A DNA stretch of 64,000 nucleotides from Neoechinorhynchus agilis (GCA_051530055.1 CM121343.1:7752152-7816151), one strand, 5' to 3'; shown: positions 10,295 to 24,000, numbered from the stretch's first letter. Program-made: numbers and translations. Notes: generated by a model from the letters alone, not told the origin.

Positions 10295-13200
10295 ATGCTT
10301 ACGTTTTTCATGCTGCTCTTAATGGTAAAGTTAGTGTGGTTCAACGTTCAAGCCGTGCAACCTCAACGTAATAACAGTGAAGCAGGCACGGTCTTAAAAA
10401 CGCCGCAAGCAACATCAAAATTAAAGAACTTAATTTTTCACCATGCCTCATTTAACGTAAGGTTCTCGTCTTCTTAATTCTTCTTATTCACGTTCAATCA
10501 GAGCTGTTATCAATCATGCATTAAGGATGTAGCTCAAAATAAAAACACCTATAATAAAAGTACTCTTAAATCTCGTACGAGTCGAGGAAAAGGTATAATT
10601 ATTCTAAATTGGCGCTACTATATTTAAATAGTCTGGGTGCTTGGTTTGACTTGCACTACTGCCATTAACATCGCAAGCTTGGTTGGTTACCTCTTGAAAC
10701 CTTGTATGAAAAGGCGTGAATTTGATTGGATTCTTATGGTTTTAATTGGAGTTGCTATTGGATCAATGGCTGGCAGTGGAATTCTGCATTTGATTCCTGA
10801 GGTATGGTTAGTCTGTTTCTTTGACGTTACAAAATCAAAAGCAGGGATTTGGAATAACGAATGATGGCGATAGGAATTATGTTTTGAAAGCAATAGTGGT
10901 TATGTTTGGACTATACTGTTTCTATTTAATCGATAGGATTTTAAAAATCTTAACAACTGATCAAGTCCGTTTGCAATATTCGGTTGGTATATTGGAAGTG
11001 AGAATGTTAAAACCCTGTTTGTGCGTGTTTGTTTTAGGACCGAAGTGCGATTGAGGAGCATAAGCATCAAATGGAATTGGTAGAAACAGCAGGGGCCCAA
11101 TCGATCGATCACATGAATCCAACACACGTGATTGATTCACTCAGTTCCGATCGAGAAAAACAATTTCTGAGTCCAATTACAAAAATTTACGACGACAAGG
11201 AAGTAAGCATCGTATCAGTTGCTTTTATTTTGTAGATCCAAAAACGACAATTTCATCTTTATTTGTGGTTGACAATATTGCTATACGAAGTTATGCCTTG
11301 GCTTCTAGGCATCATTCTTCTCTTGTTTACCTATTGCAGGCCGAGATCAGGAAAATCAGACCTTCCATTGATCTCATCTGTTCAAGGGCCTCTGAACTTT
11401 TCCCTCACGATGCTCTCTTCCTTTTAAAAAATTGCATCTTCATTCCACGCATCCTCCATAAACTGCGGTCAACCCCTTCCTTTCAATGTCAGCCCGAATT
11501 GAGAGAGATTGATGGTTCTTTAAGGGATGGTCTATGTAAGATCCTTAATATTAAGCTCCCCGACACTGGCTGGACCCAGGCATCTTTGCCCACAAGCTGC
11601 GGAGGGATCGGTATTCGTGCCAGCTCAGCCATTGCGCTTCCAGCCTTTCCATCGTCTCTTAGTAGGTCCAAGCGCCTTTCCAGATTGATTTTGAGACATA
11701 ATTTTGAGGAGGACATCAGCCTGGAGCCCGCTCTTCATCTTTGGATGTGTCTGTCTAACCTCGACAAGATTCCAGACCTCCCGGAAAACAGAAATCGTGG
11801 GACATTCCGTTAGTGGAGCGTGTTCACACCTCACTTTTTGACTCGCTCTCCGACGTGGATAGAACGCGATTAACTGCAGTTTCCTGCAAAGAGTCCGGCG
11901 CCTGGTTGAAAGCTGTACCATCAGCAAATCTCGGTTCGAGATTAGACGGCGAGGCTCTCAGAATCGCAGTGTCTCTGAGGCTCGGGCTCCCGGTTTGTAT
12001 CCCTCACACCTGCCGATGCGGGACGGAAGTTGACCCCTCGGGCAGGCACGGATTAGCCTGTAAACGCTCAAGTGGCCATTTTGCTAGACACGCCGAAATA
12101 AACGCATTGCTGAGCCGTGCTTTGAAAACGGCTAACTCTCCGAATATCCTCGAGCCTAGCAACATCTGCAGGATCGATGGGCGTAGGCCGGATGGAGTTA
12201 CCGTTTTTCCTTGGAGCAGGGGGAGATGTCTCCTATGGGACGCAACATGCGTCGACTCCCTTGCAGCCAGCAATCTGCGAGATGCATCCTCCGGGGCTGG
12301 GGGAGCCGCATCAGCAGCTGAGCTTCGTAAGGTTGCAAAATACGCTGATTTTACAAATTCTTATCATTTTGTCCCCTTCGCAGTGGAAACCTTAGGAGCT
12401 TTCGGACGTGCGGCGAGGAGTTTTGTTCTCGAACTGGGGCATCGCCTGATCAACTCGACCAATGACAGGAGGGCTCGCTCGTTCCTAGTACAGAACATAT
12501 CCTTGGCTATCCAGCGAGGAAACGCAGCGAGTGTCTTGGGGACGGTGAAGTACGATTGAGAATAATAAAAGTTATTCAATTAAAAAAAATTATTGAACCT
12601 TCGATAATTTTATTGACGTTCACCAGTTGCACACACCCAACAACAAAACGTTTAAACAATCACCACCGTCCAAGAAGAAGAGGCATCGCTCTCCCCTTAG
12701 TGGTCACGACCACACTCACTGCGTTTCCTCTTTTCTATCGGGAGACCAATGTTTTGGCGTAGGAAGGCACCAGCTCTTGACATATTTTATTTTTAGAGTA
12801 CAGATGAGCAAAATGTTCAATCTCTTTTGGATACACGCGTTGTCAGTAAGGAATGTAGTGTGTTTTGGTCAATGAGAACAATCGCGCCTGTGGCATGGAT
12901 GGTCCTTATATGCGACGCACTCCATAATTTTGTTGACGGTCTCGCTATCGGGGCAGCGTTCAGTGATGACGTTACGAAAGCGATCAGTGTTTGTTTAGCA
13001 GTTGCTTTTGAGGAAATTCCCAACGAACTTGGTCAGTACTCTTATTTGAGTTTAACCCTTTTAATTATACTCAATTTTCTTTGCTTAGGTGATTTTGCTG
13101 TACTACTCAACTCAGGGCTTGGACTCAAACCGGCGCTTTTTCTAAATTTCGTAGCAGCCTGCTCAAATTACATCGGTCTTAGTGTTGCCATAATTATAGG

Positions 13201-13491
13201 CGAGCTTTCTCAAATTCATCATTGGATATATTGTACTGCCGGTGGAATGTTTCTTTATATATCACTTGTAGTGATGGTGAGCGATTAACTTACCTTTTTT
13301 TGCTATAAAAGGCACTTGTGTAGGTAAACGAGCTCAACAACATGGGCGATAGATTATCATCAAGGACACAAAAAAACCTATGGCCAGTTTTTATAGTTCA
13401 AAATCTTGGACTAATTTGTGGTTTCCTTATCATGTTATTCTTTGCGTTATATGGAGACGAAATCAAAAATATAACCGTTAGTGCTCCCTAA
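10295..13491 (+). CDS. SLC39A14: LIV-1 subfamily ZIP metal transporter (SLC39A8/A14-like), about 9 exons
   Basis: Signal peptide, GILHLIPE, His-rich loop GHDHTH, DALHNFVDGLAIGAAF, EEIPNELGDFAVLL, TAGGMFLYISL. Manual exon model: 10295-10456, 10502-10592, 10632-10801, 10845-10997, 11038-11202, 12627-12758, 12797-13031, 13089-13276, 13324-13491. The exact paralogue is uncertain. Confidence 0.88.
11340..12590 (+). mobile_element. 5'-truncated CRE-clade non-LTR element inside a ZIP intron
   Basis: HDALFLLKNC...GGIGIR, CCHC finger CRCG...HGLAC...RHAEIN, RPDG...WDATC (RLE), IQRGNAASVLG, then an A-rich tail. Confidence 0.92.
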
Positions 13492-14139
13492 TTTTTAAGT
13501 GCAAATAAAATGTGATTTGTGGGACTCTTTAACCAACAATAACAACTTTGCCTCTATCTCCTTGACAAACCGCGAGTATCATAGATTTTTAATAAAGTTC
13601 CTCCGTGCATAATTTTAAAGATATCATCAAAGCTTTTAACATCGTTCCTTTATTTTTAGTATCCTACTTGTCGAAAATCCAACCAGAAAATAGGCTTCCG
13701 GCTTGCAAATTCCTAGATCGTCCTAAGAATGAAATTTCTTGCTCAGACCGATTAATCGAGTCTCAGATGTTTCATTTATTCTATGAATACCTTTCAATGG
13801 AGCCTATGATCTATAATAGCACATAAGTTTAAGTAACGAATGAAGCAATAAGTTATTTTAGTTCAAACAGGATACTAGATAACCGTTGGCCTAAGACTTA
13901 TACATTAGAAAGATCGTCTTTCGGAAGCTGCATTTAGGAATATTTAAACGTCGCCCTCATAAACAAGAAAAAGATGTACTCATCGAAACAAAGTGATTCG
14001 CCGAGAGGATGTGGGTGCTTTTTAGACTGACTAGCATAAATCGTCTCCATTTCAACGACTGAAATTTTAAAACACATTTTTAATTTGAGAAATATAAAAC
14101 AAAAAATGTGTTTGGCAAATTCTTGTCTTCAAATGTTAT

Positions 14140-14260
14140 GTTTGTTCGGCAGCTTCCTTGATGGCCGCGGCATTGCCGCGTTGGATCGCCGCGCTGAGTC
14201 GCTGCAACAGGAGGATAAAAACTTCTTACATGTTGGGATGAGCTCTCCAAGAAGACAGCC
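14140..14260 (-). mobile_element. Short CRE 3'-end fragment
   Basis: Minus strand encodes LLQRLSAAIQRGNAAAIKE, the CRE C-terminal motif. Confidence 0.7.
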
Positions 14261-14445
14261 AAATTCTGAGAAACAATAACTACTCTACCCGCATGGCGGA
14301 CTAATGAAAACTCGTAGCATCGAAAGTTATGGAAAATTTCCCCTTAAGCCGCGCAATCTGCGTCACAAATTTAAATTACTCAAATTTCTTTCGTATCATT
14401 TTCATCGAAATGTGAGAATTTCCAGTTTCAAGGTTGTCCCACGAC

Positions 14446-14599
14446 CTACAGATACAGTTGATTTATTTGCCTATCTTTCGCCGTATGACGGCTTCAACTG
14501 AGCAATTGTTTTCAGAGCTTTATTTTCCTCTAAAAATAATTGCCCAGTTGAAGCCATAAAACGGCGAAAGCTAGACAAATGAATCAACTATATCTGTAG
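14446..14599. repeat. Fold-back element with 72-bp inverted arms, each carrying a hammerhead-like motif
   Basis: Arms 14446-14517 and 14528-14599 are near-identical reverse complements around a 10-bp spacer. Confidence 0.8.
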
Positions 14600-15189
14600 A
14601 AATTAAATCAGAAAATTAACACAATATAACTGTTTTGCGTTGTTGATTCACGCTTTTGACCTCTCTTGTACTCGTCATACCATGTATAGAAGCTGATTGT
14701 TTACCCTTTGGTGAGGTTTGCGTGATTGTGTTAGCTTTCGACGGTTCATTATCTCGAAAACTCTTTCTTATATTAATAGCTCAGTCGTACATCCGAGTAG
14801 TCATCGTGCCTCAATATTAAGCTGTATTTTTATCCTTTTTTTTATTTATCCACTTGTACTCACAAACAAACCGTCACAATTTTTTTTAATATATCGAAAT
14901 GTCTTTATTAACCTGTTGGCAAGTGCTAATTTTAAAATTATTACATTGTTTTTGAACATGAAGGGACTCACACAACGCTCTCGCAGCAAATAGTAAAAGA
15001 ATACTGTTTTTTTGTTGACATTGTTCATTTTTGATCGAAAAAATCGTCGTTTCAGCGAGTGCTGAAACACCATAAAATAGGTTTATATAAACACGTTTTA
15101 TTAATGTAAGAAAAGAACGATCCACACACTTGCCAGCATCTATCTTTGCTGAAGGTGTCTGGATGACGGATGCTGAAGGCAAGGGAGGT

Positions 15190-15790
15190 GGGACTTATAT
15201 TTGAAAGAGTTTTACAGGAGAATGACCGGTTGGGAGTCTTTCCTTGTTCTCCGGTTGTTAAGGAAAGATTGGGCTTGGGGGAGGAAAGAATTTTGGTTGA
15301 AAGTGGTAAGAGCGAGGGGGATGAAAAAGGTTGGGGTTACGGGTGTTAGATGAGGGAAGAAAATTGTGGAGGGGTTGAAGAAGACGGAGGGCGTTTTTGG
15401 AGGAAATGGAGGTGGGCGTCGAGGGGAGGGAGTGAAGTCTCGCATATTCTCGCTGATCTCTTGTGGAAGGTTTCGAGGGAATGGAGAGCATTGACGGAAA
15501 GGGCGAGGAAAGCGTATGTAAGGATAGGGAGGATGGCAGAAAGATAAAAGTGAGCAAAGTATTTAGGGGATACGCCGAGACGCCGGAGGAGTTTGAGAAG
15601 GTAAAGACGAGGGTTTGCTTTAAAGAGTGTAAATGAAATGTGGGAATCCCATTTAAGGTTTTCTTTGAAAGTCAGGCCCAGTATTCGGAAAGAAGATGAG
15701 CGTTGGACGGGGAGAGGCGCGGGGATAAGGTTGCGTTTGGAAATTTGGGGCTGTAGATGTTCCGAAGTCATTGTTCACCCAATACTCATC
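15190..15790 (-). mobile_element. CR1/L2-like LINE ORF2 C-terminus
   Basis: FRILGLTFKENLKWDSHI...KANPRLYLLKLLRRLG...FYLSAILPILTY...NTRNPNLFHPPR. Confidence 0.85.
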
Positions 15791-15849
15791 ACAAGATCTT
15801 AATAAGGAAAATTGTTCAACCCACTAAATTATTAAGCACGGGGGTTGCT

Positions 15850-17900
15850 TTGAGAATGGCGAAATTTTGATGTTATAGGTTGTTGTAGAACGCGTTGAAA
15901 TGCATATGCGTGATGTTTACCGCTAGAGCATTTTGCAAACGCTAGCGTCAAAAAATAGTCTCGAACATTTTTAAACAAATTATGTGCTCACCATCTTCAA
16001 ACTAATTAGCTCTGTAGTAAGGCGAAGTCCGAGTTTCGGTATGAGGGTTATTTCGTCGTCTACAGGACTTTTGAATGATTCAACCAAAAATTGATCAATG
16101 ATTTTCATCGACCAAGTTCTGGTTTTCTGAGTGCGATTATGTGTGACTCTGATAACCGCTTAGACAGCTCTGCACGAAGACGGGTTAAATTTGATTAGAA
16201 TTTCTAGCAAACGTTCGCACGGCATTTGACTTAGTTTGACATTGAAACTCGACCAAAAATTATTGTTGACAGTTTACACTATTTAATCGATGTTGTCTAA
16301 AGTAGTAAATGAATTCTATTGTTTTCTTAATATCCAGATAAGAATTGTGACCGCATTCGCTAGCCCAAAATTGGAAAGAATAACATCAACGTACCATAAA
16401 TGTTTGGGACTCATAGTAAGACCATTTGATTTGGATGTTAAAGCTCTCAAATCTAAATGGTTTCGACTGCCACATTGCATTTGCCAATACCCAAATATTA
16501 GACTACATAGCGAGATCTTTTTATGCAAAGAAATAGCATTGCCTTGTCCGGTTTTTCTTATCCATCCTCTAAGCTTTCTTTAATCTTCAAAACATTATGC
16601 TTCCCTTCGTTGGTTTGACGTTATTTTTTATTTATTGCTCACTGTCTCAACTTTTAAAGGCAATAATCTCATGTGTCGGCAAGAATATAACCCACAATGA
16701 AATATCAATTTTTAACAAATATGAAAATGGTAGATAAACCACGGCTGACTAAGGTGAATTTGAGTATTTTAACGTATCTGCGACTCGTAGGCGGATTATG
16801 ATATTTTAAAACTATCAAAATTTTTAGTTATTTATCATCCGAATGTCAATGTTAAAGTATTTATTGCCTTATCGTAAGTGGTACTAACGTTACTTGTTCT
16901 ATTGGTGCATTTAGTCTGACCTGGATAACGACTTCAACAGCTTCTGAAATATGACAACGAAGTGATCCTTTTATTCGTTGAATGCGCACTTATACTTACT
17001 AAAGTGTAGTAGTAGATTGAATAGGAGTTCACTTAAGAAAGTTTTTTATCGCTATCAATGGACTTAACATGTTGCTCGGCAACTTCGATTGTGATGAGAG
17101 TCTATATTTAATATCATTTTTCTTCTTTCATCATACTTTTGTTTTGATTTCTTGCTTTGGAGAAATGTGACAAAACACAAACAATTCTTACTAACAGTAA
17201 AAGTCCACATATACTCACGATATTCACAAAATGTTTTTAACCGCTTCAAACACTACTTCGTGCTCGTGTACATAGTTTACTTAATATCTTTCCGCAAAAC
17301 TTATCTTCGTTTGTGTTGACACTATTACGAAATTCACCTTTGTTTGTTACCTTTAAACGATTCTTATTGAACCTCGTAGCCCTTAGGCCATTATTTCTAA
17401 CGGTAGCCAGACGATTTACCTTCTCTTGAATGTAGATTTTAGAACTTACCTCTAAAGTTTACTTCTGGCATCAACGTTCATTTAAGTTATCTTCCTCGAA
17501 ATGGAGTCTATCTCTAGGCTCCGTCATGCAAACACTTTCTTTACTACTAGCAATAATATGTTTACAATTAGCTATCCCAATTTGCGTTTTCCTTAATCCA
17601 AGTGCATCCGAATTTACATCACGAGTAAATAAGGCAATAATATCTTCCCATCTTTATTGTACTTTTAACATTTCAAGAGAAGCGTCCATTTTGTCGGTTT
17701 CATGGATCGTGTGCGGATTTCGAAAGCCTTGTACATACTCTAATGCTTTATTATCGTTAAAGGCGGTAATTAGGACACCCTTAAATGTATTGGATTACAC
17801 ACCATTGACGTTAACAGTTTTCCTTACGCTATAAAGCTTTTCTTGTTTGGATTTAATCTTAAAATTAATTGGATTGTCTTCTGAAATAACCTGAGCCGGC
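15850..17900 (-). CDS. Putative multi-exon gene of unknown function, possibly with an N-terminal MSP/PapD-like segment
   Basis: Open exon-like blocks flanked by GT/AG (NPINFKIKSKQEKLYSVRK; GVLITAFNDNKALEY; RWEDIIALFTRD; KIIDQFLVESFKSP). The full splice path is not resolved. Confidence 0.3.
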
Positions 17901-18044
17901 TAATCATTTTTTGCTGACTTTAATAACATGTAAAATTGACAATATAATCGTGATTATAGCATTTCTGAGGTTTATGATGTCTTGATACCATAACGTCCTG
18001 AATCAGCCCGTGTTGATTAAATAATCGGTAAATTTTTCAGATTA

Positions 18045-21000
18045 ATGATACTCAATGGATCCGATACTATTTCCTCTCCAATTGCTTTGGGCCAAACAAT
18101 TCCAGCCGATTTGACCGAATCCTACAATGAAATCAAAAATTCCAATGTTGGAGAGTCGCGGTTTGCGACTTTCCTTATTGACTTTATAGCTAAGGAAACG
18201 AGTGATGTTGAATTAAATGAAGTGGAAGCCGTCATGAAAAACCGTTGTAATGAGCCGGCCATTGTACAGCTATGGCGACCTACGCTTTGTATTTTAAGTT
18301 CGTTTCTTACCAAAAAGCATGCAAATCCGGATAAATCTAGGGTGTGTGAATGCATATTCAGAATTGGCCTAATTGCTGTCGATAGTCAAGGCTGGTCCGT
18401 TCTCGATAAGTTATTTAATATTATCGAAGAAAAGCGTTTAACAGCAACAGATAAATCACTGATGTTTGCAGTAATTCAAAGTATTCTTTTAAGGATTGAC
18501 TATCCTTTAAACGACGAGATAAATGGAAGATTGCAGTCTAAAATTCAATGTTTAATCAAAACTTCTACAAGTGTTCTTGATCTCTATGGATTGTGTGAGT
18601 TATGTTTTCGAATCTCCGAGCGCTTTGATATCACATGCGATATAACCAAGGTTGCGATCGATCACCTTCTTGGATGGTGTTTGGAAGGAATTGAGCCTGA
18701 TCGTGGTTTTCGTGTTTTAAAAATGATAAGTCCAAGACTTCTATATTCTCTCACCGAATATGCATCTGATTATGTCACCAATACTATAATGTGTCGAACA
18801 TTAGCCGCAGTTGAACTACATTTACAAACCTTACAAGATGCACCCTTCAATGTTGACACTTTGTGCTGTTTGTTGCGGATACTGGAATGGGTTTGCCTTA
18901 GTGTCTTTAATCCGATTGATCATGACACCGCGTTAACAATTATCCGAGTTTTGTTTCATGGATCGATGACATTGAGAAGGTACGAAATACGAGTTTGGCG
19001 TGTTGTCAATGAATTTCTATTCCGTCTATCGGAGTCACTTAATATTCCCATATCACAAAGATTCAGTCACTTGGTAGAATTTTTGGAAATAATACTTTAA
19101 TTATCATTGGTCGGTTTTTTGACATTGTCGTTGGAGTCTGCCTCGCAGTTGATGGCTGCAAAATATTTAAAGTCGAACAGCTCGGTATAAAATGCGACCT
19201 ATAAATTTAGCCACAGAAAAGCTATTACTATAACATTCTAAATTTTTTAACACTGTAAATATTTTTTATTGATCGTTGTGCGTCTTATCGATTAGCATGA
19301 TTTATAGTATGTACTATTGTTTATTCTGAATCTTGGAGCATATTGGGTCCAGTGATTTACCGAAGGATACAGACAACTCTTTGTTCTAATTTCATCAGCT
19401 AGCTATGTGATCACATTCTATGTAACTGAATGATTGTGCTAGACGACGTTCTAAATTTTGTTATATTCCAAGTTAATTACTTTTGTTCATCTGTATCGTA
19501 CCGAGAAAACGAAATTTCGATGAAGTCAACAAGTAACTATGGTTTGGCCGATTACGATGCTTCACTGATCGAGTTGTGTTCGCTGTGCATATCTCTAATG
19601 TATGAGTCGGCAAATTTCACTTCGGCCATTCTATTTGAAGATTCGTATTTATGGAACGCAAAGTTTAACCATTTGACATCCAAGTCGCCAAAAAGTTCCA
19701 AAGTAATTATTATGCTATTTGACATTATGGTAAGAATGTCATGTGCATGCGATGTTTCGAAATGTCATGTTGTTCGCGAGTTTGTTCACTTCTCCTCGAA
19801 GATTAACCGCGACGTGAATGCTGAGTCAGTTGTTATTTTCGATCTTGCTTTATTGGCAACCGTTCGAGATAGTCTAAGCAACGAAGCTATTTGTGTGATC
19901 GTTAAGGTCGTGGAGAAACTCATGGATGAAATGATTGACCAAGGCAGCTTCTCTGGGCAGCTCTCGGAACGTATTCTTCAAGGGGCGATTGCATTCTTCA
20001 AAAATGTTCGCTTTCAAAGTAACCGTATTATTCGTTGGATCGAAAATATGATTGAAACGGACAATAATAGATACACTGCGTTAGAGTGGTTTGCACAATT
20101 TGCTCAGGCGCATTTGTCTCGCGAACTAGTTAGCAATCCTCGCTTTGAACGCTTGGTAAAACGTGTCTTGTCACTTGGAAATTCTGGAGAACAAAAGGAG
20201 AAATTGAAGGTTGCATCCATTTTAAAGGCATTAGCTCCAAACCTTGTCCCTTTTTATGATTCAATTTGTGATCTGTACATGAGAAATACTATGATAAATG
20301 TGGATAAGATTGTACGAAATGAGTATCATGCTTTATCCTATTGCCTTCCTACTCACGTTGTCGCCAAAAGTCGTTCCTTTCATCAAGTTGTTAATTTTAT
20401 AACGGAGCTAAAACCTTATACAATACTGGATTTCATCATTGAAGGAAAGTGTGGAGGTCTGCAAAGTGGTTGTCAGGAATGGCGGTCAATTGTTAAGCTC
20501 GTGTCGGCATCACTTGTTCGAAATCGATTAGAGAGTAGTTATGGCGATGCTGTAAGAACTTTCGAAGCAATCGCAGAAGCATTCAATGATCATCGGGATA
20601 TCCTTAGGACTCGGCAGACATTTCGCCAGTTCAATTTGAGGCTTCGGTTGTTGTTTCTTTTGTTTGAGAATATTCAAAAAGATGTACGCGCATTGATCGA
20701 GTATAAGCGATCAATTTGCGAATTGTTGCCTAATGAGGACTCAGAGCTGCGCGATTTCTATTTAGGATCGCAAACCCGAATATACGACGAATTATTCCGA
20801 GTGACCTTAATAGCCGCGGAGTTAGCTATTTCGCACGGCTACTACTCTTTCGCTGTGAAAATAAGGGTTTAAGTTAGTGGGTTTATCGACAGAAGTTTTT
20901 GTCCCCTGCAATTAAGTATCGTGCGATGAGGGGAATAACCAAGCTTATTTTGTGTGTTGTGCAGTCAAAAATTGAAGATATGCTTTACATTTAGGCGGAA

Positions 21001-24000
21001 AACAAAATTTGTTTTTATTCTTCATCGAGTCGACATCACCTTGAACCTTTATTGGTACGATGCATTTGGTATCTAATGAGACGACCAGTTAACTCACCAA
21101 AGATATTATCGAATTGTGTTGTCTGGTTAGCATCGTGTTATATTAATCTGCGCTTATCAAGTTACATCGAAGGACTTAAATCCGTTAATTCTGTTGTGGT
21201 TTCTGGTGATTGGTTAGATGGTGCGAAATGTGACTGCAACGGAGCATACGAGGACGCAGTGGAGATCTACGAAAGGCATATTTGTGAGTTACTCACAAAT
21301 AAAGCCGAGTTAGGCAATTTTGCAGGCAAAAAAACATTGTTAGAATTTTTAAATATGCGCATCGCGAAATGCATGCTAAATCTTGATGACAACTATGCTC
21401 ATTATTATCAATGGCTCAGCGAAATCGAGGATATAGATCAAGACAATCAAATCGAAACTCCTGCGTCTCCTTATAACATGAGCGTTCTGAACGTCTTAAC
21501 TAGTTTTAGCGAGCGGCAGTTTGAGGAACTTCGTGGCACATTGACTGCGATGAAAACGGATTCTAATGATACTGATGAATATATAAGAAACTTCTGTACA
21601 AGAGATTCAAAATATTTTAATGATCAACTTGAAGCATTAGTATGCGTCAAGTTGATTGAATCTGCAAGCTTTAGAAGATATGATTCCAAATGCCTTGAAA
21701 TCGCGAGCGAGATCATAGATTCCAGTATATGCGTCGACTCGATTGACCCTCTTGGTCCTAACAGGTTTTACATTCTGGATCAAATTGTAAACGCTAGGAA
21801 ACAGGGTGTTCTGCTCTCATCAATAAACTCATACAAACTCCATCGCTCTATTCATCGCATAGATTTAATGAATTTCGCTAATCGGTTCGCAAAAAATGAA
21901 ACAAGTCGCTACTGTGAACAGATTGCTCATTTAGCTCGACATCATCGAAATTATAGATTGGCTAGTCACAAAGCTGATGCTAGTTCATTCGAAAACTTAA
22001 AATTTATTTTCAATGGGTACGAACAGTCTGTCGATACGAACAAACTCTTAAATACGGATGGATCTCTCAATGGTAGCAGAATGCGGTGGATAGTTAAGCA
22101 AATAAGACCAAATTTGCTTTTTAGCCATATATTTAACGAACTGGCATCATTACAATCAATCCAAGTCGAATTACGTGAAATAATTGGTAATTTGAATTTG
22201 ACTCGTATTGATAGGTCAGTTAAGGAAGATTTATCAGACGAATTAGCGAATAAATTAAGCGGTCTTCAATACTGCTTGATCGCTGATGATTGGAAGTCAC
22301 ATCACCGGCTAGCGCAATTCTGTCTAAATCTTATGACTAACCCGAAAACGCTGGAGCTCAGTGGTCGACACAATCAAGAAACATTCGCTCTCATGGCTAT
22401 AACCCATTTGAAAGAGTCACTGAGACGTGATGGTGATACGTATGACTGTCTTCATGTCCTTTCCCTACTTGATAGCTATCCTCGATTGGTAAATGATGTA
22501 TTTTGTACTGAATGTACATTCCCACCACATTTATGGCTACGTGTACTCCCGCAACTCGCCCATCGCTACGCCGCTCATAATTGTTGCCAATCTGAAATGG
22601 TTTTTGTGACACAAGTTTTGAATTCGCTTGCCAATCAGTGTCCATGGTCTATAGTGTATTCCGTTCTGAGAGAAAATGTTAATGATAGTCGTCACTTATG
22701 CATGTTTCCTGAGAATTTATTGAGCAAAACAAAAGCCTTTATTGATCATATTAAAAGCATGGCAGACCCAAAGACAAGTATTTGGATGTCAAAACTTAGG
22801 GAGTTATATCATCTTCAAACGGAGCTACGTTCGTCGTTGAGCAAAGACGCAAAAAAGGGCATAATAAAAAAATTAATGCGATTTTATAACTTAAAGAAGA
22901 ATTTAGACGATATAATCACGATGGGTGTGAGCTATGTCGAAAATGAGAAAGATCTCGATGAAGTTGTGGAAATACTTCAAACTTTCCTTACCTCCGAGGG
23001 ACTGAAGATTGAACAGGATAAGCAACTTCGCTATGTCAGCCTATTCAAGTTGAATCAGCGACTGGCGGAACTAACTGATTTCGGAGTCGCTGTGCCGACT
23101 TGCCTCAATGTTAGTTCACCGAAAGAGCTTCGTATGGTATCTTTCATTGATGATGAAATTGAGATTTATAAATCGCTCTCACGTCCAAAAAAGTTTGTAT
23201 TTCATCTGACGGACGGTTCAATAGCTGAGTATGTTCTTAAGTCTTCACCCGGTCTTGAATTGGAACAGCGCATAATGCAAATGCTTGCGTATGGGAATCA
23301 TGCGTTATCCAAATTGAATCGTACTCATAGAGATATTCATCATCCCTTGTACACAAGTCGAACTTACGACATATGTCTAATTGGTCGTGATTATGGATTT
23401 GTCGAGGTAGTGAAAGGATGTCAAGCTCTTTTGGAGCTCCACTTGAATTACCAAGAACGTAAAAAATTATCCAACATTAAGAATCACTTGCTAAAAGTTG
23501 ATCGAAAGGACACGTCTTCGATCGATTCAAAACGCCATGCTCTCTTGACAAGTATTGAGCGAACACCCTGTGATATGATTAGCCATAAACTGTATTTTGG
23601 TCGCAGTGACGGCAGTGCAAGTACTTGGTTAGGTGCTGTAATGAGATTCACCAGGTCAAGCGCAGTTATGTCAATGTTTGGGATGCTGCTTGGACTCGGT
23701 GATCGCCATTTGAATAATATTTTATGCGACTTCAAAACGGGCGAGACGGTACATATAGACTTTAATGTTTGTTTCGACTCGGGATTGGGTCTCGATAATC
23801 CCGAAACGGTTCCATTCCGTCTTACTCAGAATATCGTTTACGCGTTTGGACCTCATGGACTTGATGGCAACTTCCGACAGGACTGTCAAAATGTCATAAG
23901 CGCGCTTAGACATTCGTCAAATGGACTGTTCACCTTGATGCAAATGTGTTTCGAGGATTCCTATAAGATCATTTCAAACCATATTTTTAAGGAAGAAATC

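Noticed and set aside
19074-20994. In-frame TAA (19098-19100) and TAG (20992-20994) inside SMG1, suggesting readthrough or a variant genetic code
   Set aside because: Both can be removed by short GT-AG introns of length 3n (e.g. 19074-19136 and a 36-bp intron ending at 20994), matching intron sizes elsewhere. Other genes use standard stops.
22397-23913. Antisense ORFs over SMG1 (and similar ones over PDE, ZIP and the TEs)
   Set aside because: They are shadow frames of real coding sequence with no independent motifs.
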